Below, in pieces: positions 1 through 9,347 of a stretch of 64,000 bases of DNA (positions are counted from its first letter, which is position 1; every line of letters starts with the position of its first letter). The stretch spans positions 79,174,001 to 79,238,000 of the forward strand of contig NC_135813.1 in the NCBI RefSeq assembly GCF_964213995.1, read 5' to 3'. This DNA comes from Mustelus asterias. Lineage: Eukaryota. The notes under the pieces were generated by a model. It was not told where the DNA came from and did no database searches. It saw only the letters and a list, made by a program, of their open reading frames with translations. Both the position numbers and the translations under genes were made by a program.

Positions 1-35
1 GGAGAATTCCTCCTCCAAGGCTTGATCTCATTTGC

Positions 36-56
36 ATCTTAGCCAAAAGGCCGAGA
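36..56 (-). pseudogene. U2 snRNA 5' fragment (U2 nt 7-27)
   Basis: Reverse complement TCTCGGCCTTTTGGCTAAGAT matches vertebrate U2 nt 7-27 exactly. After an 11-nt insert, U2 sequence resumes as AGATCAAG (21-28). Confidence 0.8.
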
Positions 57-131
57 TACCGCTTTTAAAAATTGCCTCATATGAAACTTAAATGCAACCC
101 AATGACCTCAACCAAGCACAGCATCCGCATA

Positions 132-158
132 ACTACACTTGATCTTAGCCACAAGGCC
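132..158 (-). pseudogene. U2 snRNA 5' fragment (U2 nt 11-37)
   Basis: Reverse complement GGCCTTGTGGCTAAGATCAAGTGTAGT equals U2 nt 11-37 with one mismatch, including the branch-point recognition sequence GTAGT. Confidence 0.8.
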
Positions 159-842
159 ATTCATGAGCCTATCCATAGCCATGATGTGGAGAATCTTAAC
201 ATCATGTTTACCCCTATCCATAGCAACAGAGTGTGAGAAGCAAGCAATCTGTGATTGGAGGAGGAACAACTCTGGTGGCAACGAGTGTGCTCCAGAAAGA
301 GAGGCATAGGCAGGATTAGAGAGATAGGCTGTCATGCTGTGCGTGGATGGGAGGAGGCTGGCTGCCGGACCAGGAGAGGCTGGTGAGCGGGCAGGTGTGG
401 GATGCATGGTGAGGATGAAGAGACCCATTGTCCGGGGTGTGGGAGAGAGAGCGATCGCATGTGGGAGAGAGGGAGTAATGCGAGTGTGGGAGGGAGGGGC
501 GAGTGAGCGTGGGGGAGAGAACACATCCAAGTGTGTGTGTGTGTATGTATGTATATCTGGCTCACTCAGTCTCAGGATTCTCACTCACCCTCACACTGTA
601 ACACCCAATCAAACCTACACACATGCACAGTGGGTGAGGGTGAGTGAGTGAGCATCGAGAGATTGGGAGTGAGCCAGGCAAACAGACTCTGTCCCTCTCA
701 CATGCTAATGGTGATCTTTATTAATTACTTTTTTAAATTATCCATTCATTGTTTTATTTTTGCTCAGCAAACTGTTCTTCATACCTCAACTTTATTTTGA
801 AATTCATGTTTTCTGTTGAGCCAAACCTTATCTTTCTGAAAT

Positions 843-1051
843 AAAAGCAAAATACTGCGGATGCTGGAATCTGAAACAAAAAAAGAAAATGCTGGAAAAT
901 CTCAGCAGGTCTGACAGCGTCTGTAGGTAAAGAATAGAGCCAACATTGAGTGTAGATGAAGGGTCATCTAGACTCAAAACGTTGGCTCTACTCTCTCCCC
1001 ATAGATGCTGTCAGACCTGCTGAGATTTTCCAGCTCTTTCTGTTTCTGCTG
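843..1051. mobile_element. Penelope-like palindromic non-autonomous element with 13-bp target-site duplication
   Basis: Inverted arms (GCTGGAAAATCTCAGCAGGTCTGACAGC / GCTGTCAGACCTGCTGAGATTTTCCAGC) around a decayed hammerhead core. ATCTTTCTGAAAT occurs at 830-842 and 1052-1064. Confidence 0.75.
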
Positions 1052-1394
1052 ATCTTTCTGAAATTTGTTCATCGGAAATGGAAATGTGAAAAGGTTAGAG
1101 AAGGCTGTCCGAACTCACAATCACCCAGTCTGATCCTCATTGTACTCTCTCCCGATAGCTAAACACATTTATCACTAATATTTTAATTAATAGGTTTCAA
1201 AATAAACTTTAACATTGTAACATGCTATTGATTTTGAATCACAACATACACATTGATAAAGCAAATGGTGAAGGAATTATCATTTTAAGTTGAATTACAT
1301 GAAAAATTATAATGCCAAATAATACGTTGTCGCCATGATCTAAATAGCTGAAAATTCTTTTACAATTGGCGTTTCTTTCAAATGCTAACAGTAC

Positions 1395-1528
1395 CTGAAG
1401 TACAAGAAGGACATCTAACTGTTGCTCTTTGGTGTACATCTCAAACGCAACTCGAAATAGTCCCTGAATGCTGTAAAACCACAAATTGTTCACCACAGTT
1501 GGAATCTTCAGTCCTTCAAATCGAAATT
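1395..1528 (-). CDS. Unidentified gene, coding exon 3: (E)FRFEGLKIPTVVNNLWFYSIQGLFRVAFEMYTKEQQLDVLLVLQ; gene continues off the left edge
   Basis: Acceptor TTGTTTGCAG, donor CAG/GTACTG, open frame, phase 1 start matches the preceding exon. Confidence 0.8.
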
Positions 1529-1772
1529 CTGCAAACAAATGTTTTCAGACATCATAAATAGAAGTGAAAGAGAAATGGAAAAGAGCTCATTTCGAAGGCT
1601 GCCATCAACACTGCGGACAATCTACAGATGTCAAGGGCAGCAAAGGCAGTTACATCATTAGAAATGGGGGAAATCACAGTAAAAACTAAAGCATGCAGGG
1701 AAATGACCTATAAAAGAGATACAACTGTTCATGAAATAGCTGATTGAAAACCAAAGAAAGTCATGAGTGAAT

Positions 1773-2046
1773 GACACGGTGGCACAGTGGTTAGCACTGC
1801 TGCCTAACAGCACCAGGGACCCGGGTTTGATTCCCGACTTGGGTCACTGTCTGTGTGGAGTTTGCACATTCTCCCCGTGTCTGCGTGGGTTTCCTCCGGG
1901 TGCTCCGGTTTCCTCCCACATTCTGAAAGACGTGCTGGTTAGGGTGCATTGACCCGAACAGGCGCCAGAGTGTGGTGACTAGGGGAATTTCACAGTAACT
2001 TCATTGCAGTGTTAATGTGAGCCTTACTTGCGACTAATAAATAAAC
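1773..2046 (+). mobile_element. tRNA-derived SINE (HE1-like head)
   Basis: A box TGGCACAGTGG, B box GGTTTGATTCC, tail ...CAGTAACTTCATTGCAGTGTTAATGT...TAATAAATAAA. Tail-only copies occur at ~7905-8045 and ~10695-10797. Confidence 0.85.
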
Positions 2047-2400
2047 AAAAAATAAATTTAAAAATGTATAGCACCAGGGTTAAACCACATCTTGAGAACT
2101 GTGTCTAGTTCTGGTCATCAAAACAAAGAGAGGCACTTAAGGCATGGAAATATTGCAGAGAACAGCCACATAGATTCCCGAGAGTAGGGATCAGCTGAGA
2201 GATGAAAACAAAACGAGAGAAATTTTGATGTTGCAAACTAGAAATGAAGCATTTGGGGCATCTTATTGAAGTACACAAGATAAATCTAGAAAATTATGTT
2301 AAATAAAGATGTGTGAGGATGACAAAGGGAACATGATTGGTAAACTCTTTTGAATAGCCCTATAGATTCTACTGGATTCAAATGAGAATTAACATAGTAC

Positions 2401-2530
2401 CTGAACTAAAGCTGAGCTTAGTTGCTAATCCTTTCTTTGCAAATTTTGCATGAATTCTTGGATGATTTTCAGTACGGATGCCAGTTTTCGCAACAACATC
2501 AGCACCAAGAAAAAGAGGGGTCAAGCTCTC
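2401..2530 (-). CDS. Unidentified gene, coding exon 2: ESLTPLFLGADVVAKTGIRTENHPRIHAKFAKKGLATKLSFSS
   Basis: Strong polypyrimidine acceptor TTTCTCTCTTTCAG, donor TCAG/GTACTA, 130 nt open; phases 0 and 1 fit both neighbouring exons. Confidence 0.8.
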
Positions 2531-4499
2531 CTGAAAGAGAGAAAGAAAAATTTTAAAATGTAAATATATTACTAGATATAAAATCTATCGACCATATTGT
2601 TTTGTTTTCTTTTTTATTAGATTTCCGTGCACCATGTTTCATTCCAACAATTACTTCAGTAAGAATAAATTTCAGGCTAACATTTTCTTTTAAAATATGG
2701 AAAGACAATTCATTATTTGGACACTTGGATTTTGTATCAAGAAGATTGCAAGTTCACCTTTGGATTGGGAGTGAGAATGCCTTTTTCAAGTAATCACCTC
2801 ACCAGCCTGGTACTTGAGAGGGGCAGAACAGTATGCTTTTTGCACTGCAATTATTTTAATTGATGGGGGAAGCAAGTGGTTCAAAGGCAAAGGCTTGTGT
2901 AAATCACATGACAGGGATGAGTTTTAACTTTTGAACTTGTTTTTGAATTCAGTTGGAATGGAACTGAGAAAGTGATAAGCTGTCCAGCTTGCATTCTCCT
3001 TGTCTTGCCAGAGATAGAATGGTTAACAGTACCTCGCTAGGAAAGAGTGAGTATGTGTGGGGGGTGGCAGAGTGTCCTTGGGGCTTGGGAGTGGGTGAGG
3101 GAGTGTGTTTGGAGGATGGGAGAGAGAATGAGTGAGTGTGTCTGTGAGGGGTGGGAGAGTGCGAGTGTGTGTGGCAGAGAGCAAGTGAGTGGGTGGGGTG
3201 GTAAAGAGTGAGTGAGAGCGTGTGGCAGAGAGAGTGAATGAGTGAATGGATGGATGGGTGGTCGTTCACAAGAGAGGGAGTGGGAGACTGAGTTTGTGGA
3301 GGTGAATGGAAGCCTGCCTAGTCTCAGGTTTCTGACTCATTCTTCACAAGCACTCACATACACTGATCCCAGTGACCCTCTCACCTGCTAGTTATTTCTA
3401 TTACGTTTGTTTTTAAACTTATGACATTGCTGTATTTTTGCTCAGCAATTGATTCTTTCCTTAAATCTTAACTTTTTTTTGAAATTCAGTTTATTTTTGT
3501 GCAAAACCTTGTCTTTCTGAAACTTGCTCATCGACCCCTTGAATGAGAAAGTATGTAAATGTGGCCCCTGAACAAAAAACTTGGACAAGTCTGGACTAGA
3601 TAAAATGCACACTCCCCCCATCCCAGTCATAACATAATTCTCTCTGAGGCTTAATAATCCAATACCTGAGCAAGGTTTGTAGGCTTCTGATTATCAACCA
3701 GCATGAGTCATTGCAAGTAATACTCGGTCTATGAGTAATTAAGAATGAAACCAAGTGACTGCAGTACCACCTAGCTGAACAACAGTGGAGAGGTATTGGA
3801 GAGGGGTGTGGTCAACTGTGTCAAAGGATGCAAACAGTTTATCATGAGCATTATAAATGTAGATGCTGAAGCTGTGGTTGCTAATGAATTTACGAAGGGT
3901 CCTTCAACTAAAAACAAGTTTTGAGAACCACAAATCTAGGCTGGTATTCCAAGTGTACTATCCGAAATGCCACATGAATGAGACATTAAACCAAGGCCCT
4001 GACAACCCTTTCAAGTTGGCATAAAAGATCTTGTGACAATATTTTTAAAATAGTAGAGTCTTCTCTGTGTCCTGGCCAATGTTTATCTCTCAACTACAGG
4101 TTATCTGATCATTATCACATTGCTTCTTGAGGGACATTGCACAGATTGACTACATTTCAATTAAGGTACTACATTAGCAGTTAAGTGCCGAGTTGTAAAA
4201 GGCACTGTATAAATGCAAGACTTTATTTTTTCTTTTAACTCTTAATTTTGTTTTGACAAACCTATTTTGTCTTGTGCAGTTTTTAACCATTTTGTTTAGC
4301 CTGGACTTTAAATCTATACAGCGCTGAATAAGATTGACATTTATGCTTTTGTCCCTTTATACCACACAAAGAAAATAAAGAAACAAACACTGACTACAGA
4401 GAGTTTTTGTGATTGAATTCACATTTCATTTACTCAAACACAGCAACCAAGCAATGATTCATATTTGCATTGCTATAATGCATTCAGTGGTAATTGCTA

Positions 4500-5335
4500 A
4501 CTTTTTTTATTAATTCAAGGGATATTGCCTTCACTGGCCCGGCCAGCATTTATTGCCTATCCCTAATTTCCCTTGAACTGGTAGTGAACTGCCTTCTTGA
4601 ACCACTGCAGTCCATGTGATGTAGGTAAACCTGCAGTGCTATTAGGGAGAGAAGTTCAAGATCTTAACCAAGCAACAGTGAAGAAGCAATGATATATTTC
4701 CAAGTCAAGGTGGTGAGTGGCTTGGAGGTGAACATCCAAATGGTGGTATTCCCATGTATCTGCTGCACCTGTCCTTCTAGACAGTGGTGGTTGTGGGTTT
4801 GGAGGGTGCTGCCTAATTTGGTGAGTTCCTGCAGTGCACCTTGAGATGGTATACACAGCTGCCAATGTTCATCAGTGGCAGAGGGATAGAATGTTTGTAG
4901 AAGGGATAGCAATCAAGCAAGATGGTTTGTCCGGGATGGTGTCAAGCTTCTTGAGTGCTTTTGGAGCTGCACTCATTCAGGCAAGGGGAGAGTATTCCAT
5001 CACACTCCAGATTTGTGCCTTGTACGTTGTGGACAGGCTTCGGGAAGTCAAGAGTTGAATTATTTGCCACAGGATTCCTAGCCTCTGGCCTTTTCTTATT
5101 ACCACAGTATTTGATATGGCTAGTTCAGTTCAGTTTCTGGTCAATACTAACCCCCATGATGTTGGCAGTGAGGGATTCAACAATGGCAATGCCATTGAAT
5201 GTCAAGGGATAATGGTTAGATTGTCTCTTATTGGAGATGGTCATTGCCTGGCCCAGATGTTCTTTGCCACTTGTCAGCCCAAACCTGGATATCATCTAGG
5301 TCTTGCTGCATTAAGACATCAACTGCTTCCATAAC
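4500..5335 (-). mobile_element. CR1-group LINE 3' fragment
   Basis: Family tail (reverse complement of GGGCAATAAATGCTGGCC...) and decayed ORF2 C-terminus. The same family occurs at 19690-20550, 37245-37812, 43915-44845, 45825-46060 and 62735-63380. Confidence 0.75.
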
Positions 5336-5750
5336 TTAATAAAGGGAACTTCAAGTGTTACTGAATCCAATGCTATATCTATTCTAAGCCTTTGCTTTGC
5401 ACTCTCAAATTTCAATTTTGGTTTTTAATGTATTCAAATAAATTAATTCATTATAAAAACGTACATTAAGCTATCATACTCTCCTGTTTGAAATGTAAAT
5501 GATATTTAAGAATTAGGAATTTACAAACCCATATCATACAAGACTACAGGCCAAGTGTTGGAGAATGGAATTAGAAATAGATAGGTGCTTGTTAGCAGCA
5601 CAGACACAATGGGCTGAAGGGCCACTTTCAGTGTTCGAAAACTCTGTGACTAACGTTTCATCATCCAAACAGACTTTGGAACTTTACATAAATAATAATC
5701 AAATTTAATATTTAAATAATACCAACCTCCACCTGATAATCTTGACACAC

Positions 5751-5849
5751 CTTAATTGAATCAGGAGGACTCAAGAATACAAATCTGATTTTCCTGAGAC
5801 CCACACCCCATTCTGGCAAACGCACAGAATAACGTTCAAGAGACATCAT
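5751..5849 (-). CDS. Unidentified gene, first coding exon: MMSLERYSVRLPEWGVGLRKIRFVFLSPPDSIK
   Basis: ACCATGA Kozak context with an in-frame TGA two codons upstream, 33 open codons, donor AAG/GTGTGT, phase 0 matches exon 2401-2530. Confidence 0.65.
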
Positions 5850-5944
5850 GGTTCAATGTTCACCACATCCCTCTGGAGGTATAGAATTACTCAGATCCCA
5901 TTCCGAGAGACACTCCAAAGTAAAAAGAAAAAGAGGTGTATGTT

Positions 5945-6060
5945 GAACCAAACCAGAAAATGCTGGGAAAATGTCAGCAGGTCTTACAGCATCTGTGGAG
6001 CGAGAATAGAGCCAACGTTTCGAGTTTGGATGACCCTTCGTCAGGGCTGGTAAATGTTGA
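5945..6060 (-). mobile_element. Penelope-like terminal-repeat fragment carrying a hammerhead motif
   Basis: Same family as 843-1051 and 35863-35998. Confidence 0.7.
6010..6048 (-). ncRNA. Minimal type I hammerhead ribozyme motif
   Basis: AGCC-CUGACGA-A-GGGU(caucca a)ACUC-GAAAC-GUU-GGCU. Core is intact, stem I is AGCC/GGCU, stem III is palindromic ACGU, cleavage triplet is GUU. Confidence 0.6.
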
Positions 6061-6140
6061 AATATGCAGCAGGCCGATCAGCATCTGAAGGAGAAAGGCG
6101 AGTGTCTCCGGCATTCATTAGCAAGGTGGCCTCGGCCTAC

Positions 6141-6400
6141 CAGAATCCCACTCATTTTTGGCTTGAAAATTTAACTGGGGTTTCAAACAATTTGCTCCTC
6201 GCAATTTCTTTCAGCTGCACACAACAATTGGTCTTCACATCTACAGGAGCTTCATTGCCAGAAGGCTCTTCGGTGTCTGGAGACTCCGGCACCTCATTAA
6301 TATCAGCAGCGATAATAATCCCTGGTTAACAACTAGAGCTGACTGATTCAGGCCAGGCAGCTCCCCTCCATCACCATGGAAGCGGCCCAGGTCACAACCG
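6141..6400 (-). other. Probable 5' non-coding exon of the divergent gene
   Basis: Donor CTG/GTAGGC at 6140 next to the CpG promoter; contains only short uORFs. TSS unknown. Confidence 0.35.
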
Positions 6401-7150
6401 CTTTGCACTCTGAACCCCGCCCTTTAACCCCCCCTCCCCAACCGACGTCACTGACCGCTCAGTGACAAGATGGCCGCCGAGAGGGTGGAATTGGATTTTG
6501 GGGACCGCGAATTGTTCGAGGAGTTTGAGGATTCAAAGCCTTCTCACATCCGTTTCAACGACTCGGAAGACGCGGGCGAGGCGGAGACGATGAGGAAGCA
6601 GCTGCTGGAATTCGAGGAGAGAGTGGGTTGCCTGAAGGCGGAGAATATCCTTTTCCGTTAAAAGGAAACGAGCCTCACAAAAATCAAACGGGGCGCCTCG
6701 GGAGCGATTGGCTCGTGTCGGAGAGGCCGCGTAAAGGAGTCGGGGCAGAACGGCAGTTTAACGGCGTTCGCTGGCTGCCCGCAAGCTTTCACTCTGCTCC
6801 TGTTTAGGTCCCGGTTACCCAGGTGTTTTTTTTTTAACAATCTGATTTTTAAAAATTGGTTTTGGTTTTGCTTCTTGGCTTGGCTTCACCGGATAGGCCC
6901 GGAACTCAGGCCTGCGAGTCATCTCATTGCAGCTTCCTCGTTTCGGTTTCCTCAGGAATCCGATCGACCACAGGAATTAGGAGTAGAAGTACGCAATCTC
7001 CTGGCCTGCAAACAAATGGAGCGGGGCGGGAAAGAGGGGTTTTTACCGCTCCTTGCGGCGTGGCTGGCTTGCATGGCTTCAAACTACCTCGTTTGGAACA
7101 ATTTTTACTCGAGCTAATTTTGAAGTACATTTGCGGCACTGGATTTCTTC
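6330..7150. promoter_or_regulatory. CpG island / bidirectional promoter
   Basis: CpG-rich in an otherwise CpG-depleted background. Contains GC box CCCCGCCC, CRE-like CGACGTCA (6443-6450) and YY1-like AAGATGGCCGCC over the ATG. Genes diverge on both sides. Confidence 0.8.
6470..6644 (+). CDS. ZCCHC8: ZCCHC8 exon 1
   Basis: MAAERVELDFGDRELFEEFE... matches the ZCCHC8 N-terminus (FGDxELF); ends at the U12 donor ATATCCTTT. Confidence 0.95.
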
Positions 7151-8444
7151 GTGCAGAACTGGTTGTAAATTCCGATGCTTTGAAACTTGCACCCTTTTCA
7201 ATCTTTCTATCACACTTGTAGAGTATTTATTTCTGCACCGAAATAACTTTGATTTATCCGTTTATGGTCAATCTGTAAGTCATAGAAAATATTTTTAAGA
7301 TTCTTAAAATCTTAAATGTTTGCTATCGTAATACTGGTAAATGTCGTAGTAGATCACTATTATTGCAATAAGGATTATGGTATGGCGCATTAATCAGACG
7401 GAGTAAAACTGGTCCAGGCTGTAATTCTGGATTCAGTGCACATTTGCACAATAATTGTAAGATATGTGTAAAGCGAAACCTCTTCACATCGGTGAAGTGA
7501 TAACACACGTTACGTCTTTGATTTGAAACGCTGTCTGCCGTGTTTGTGGACCTGAGTTCTACCGATAGGCGCCACAAAGTTCTCCAGTCAAGAAAAACGG
7601 CCTTCACCAACTACCTGTCAAATTCAAATGTTTAGCAGATTATTCTGACATTCAGAATGGTTAGACATTAAGTTTCAAGTTGTAAGGCAGTCTGCTTGCT
7701 TTCCACTGGACGTATCCTATATCAAACAGAGAGTGTGAGGCAATGTTCCTGATCCACTCTCCTTCCCACCACTTATTTAATTCCGAAATCTTATCACCAC
7801 ATGTTGTTACATTGTGTACTTTGGTGTAAAACCAAAGTTGAATGCGTGTAATGACATCCAGGGAAATAAATCTAGCATTTTATTTTTGCTGCATTATTGT
7901 GCAGATATTGCTTGGGTGCATTAGCCATGCTAAATTCTCCCTTGGTATACTGAAACAGGTGCAGGAGTGTGGCGACTAGGGGATTTTCACAGTAACTTCA
8001 TTGCAGTGTTAATATAAGCCTATTTGTGACGCTCATAAATGAACTTTGAAAAAGATCTCTGTCAATTTCAAACAAAAATGATTGGAAATGCTTGGTGATG
8101 AGGTGCAAATTTACATTGTGTTTTGACATGATGTGAATTATGTTCGCAGGCACCATTTCATTTAATCTGTGAGATGTCAGTATGGATCTTAGTGATTCAA
8201 GTTTGAAGTTTATAGAAGGAAACACCTAATTATAGCTTGTGGTCATTATTTAGTAAATAGAACATTGTGTAACTATTATAGTTTGGTGCATAATGAAAGA
8301 TGGGTTGAATAATGTAGAACTAGCTCAGTGTACTTGAATGCATTAGTTCAGTCCACAGAGCTCTTGAAAACTGTTTTTTAAGAAGTTTGAACTTTAATGC
8401 TTCTTCTCAGTATGTAAGCGTCTTTCCCTTAACCATGAGCTAAC
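6645..8444 (+). other. ZCCHC8: U12-type AT-AC intron (ZCCHC8 intron 1)
   Basis: 5' splice site ATATCCTTT, branch site TTTCCCTTAAC (8423-8433), 3' AC at 8443-8444. Splicing restores ENQELKRKLN. Confidence 0.95.
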
Positions 8445-8487
8445 ATCAAGAACTGAAGAGGAAGTTGAACTTGTTGACCCAGCCAAG
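8445..8487 (+). CDS. ZCCHC8: ZCCHC8 exon 2 (NQELKRKLNLLTQP, coiled coil)
   Basis: 43 nt, donor AAG/GTAACA, homologous peptide. Confidence 0.93.
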
Positions 8488-8903
8488 GTAACATGAATAT
8501 TGAGAGCCGAACATTTCACACAACTCTAAATGATGCCTTCATAATGTTTTATGTAATTGTTGAAACCGATTAGTTCAGCATTTAGTCACAAAATCATCTA
8601 TTATTTTCCAATGTATACAGTGTTATCTCTATACATGTAAATAGATTGTGATTTGGCCAGTGCATATTCTAATTTTTTTCTAACCTTTCAACACCACCAT
8701 TATCTAAGGTGTTAAATCCTAGCCTATAGAACTTGAACCAATTGCTTGGCATATTTGTGAAATGTAAAAAGATTACATGGGGAAAATATAATTAGTTTTG
8801 TGGCTTGTATTTGACTTTCAACATAAATGTTAATTTGGATTGGATTCCATATTCTTCAAGTTTTGAAAGTTTACATTAAACTTCTAACCTTTATTTGTGC
8901 CAG

Positions 8904-8978
8904 TAAAATAGTTGTGAGTGACTCCAAAACAGATGGTCCAATGGTTCAGATCTTGTTTATGAACAACAATATTTCAAA
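8904..8978 (+). CDS. ZCCHC8: ZCCHC8 exon 3 (SKIVVSDSKTDGPMVQILFMNNNIS)
   Basis: AG/GT boundaries, DGPxxQILFMNN motif, consistent phase. Confidence 0.93.
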
Positions 8979-9083
8979 GTAAGTTTCAGTTTTAAGCATT
9001 TTTAAAAGTTTTTTTGCTTCTTCCTTTGCAGTTTTTCCAGTTTGACACCAGCCATTCTGATTTGTGCACCAATTTAATTTCAG

Positions 9084-9189
9084 ACAGTTTCATCAAGAAA
9101 TTGAAGATTTCATCACGGGTTTAGTTGAAAAATATGAAAGGGAATTACAAAGTGACTCTGAAAAAACATCATTTAACATGAAACCTCAG
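9084..9189 (+). CDS. ZCCHC8: ZCCHC8 exon 4 (KQFHQEIEDFITGLVEKYERELQSDSEKTSFNMKPQ)
   Basis: AG/GT boundaries, homologous peptide, consistent phase. Confidence 0.93.
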
Positions 9190-9269
9190 GTGAATAAATG
9201 AGAAAATATAGCTTTTTTCAGAGAATTGTTTTAAAATCTGTAAGTAAAAATACATACATTTATTTTCAG

Positions 9270-9347
9270 CCATCAAGTGTGCTGCTAGAAGAGCACCTGA
9301 ATGTGAAAACTTCAAGTACAGTAAAGAAAATAAAAGAAGCATTTCAT
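9270..9347 (+). CDS. ZCCHC8: ZCCHC8 exon 5 (PSSVLLEEHLNVKTSSTVKKIKEAFH)
   Basis: Follows an 80-nt intron; acceptor TTTTCAG, donor GTAAGT. Confidence 0.92.

Noticed and set aside
108-651. 158-aa and 105-aa ORFs
   Set aside because: Derived from low-complexity GAGT/GT-rich repeat sequence.
1773-1850. tRNA gene
   Set aside because: The A/B boxes belong to SINE heads; no complete cloverleaf.
6141-6155. MSGIL as first coding exon of the minus-strand gene
   Set aside because: Splicing to the acceptors near 5870-5872 hits stops before or at the 5849 ATG, so it is more likely a uORF. Direct splicing to 2530 is phase-compatible and cannot be fully excluded.
6054-6329. 91-aa + strand ORF and the protein-like antisense frame (PESPDTEEPSG...)
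   Set aside because: The antisense frame has no ATG or acceptor and is bounded by stops; the + ORF starts in a repeat. Treated as UTR/promoter sequence.
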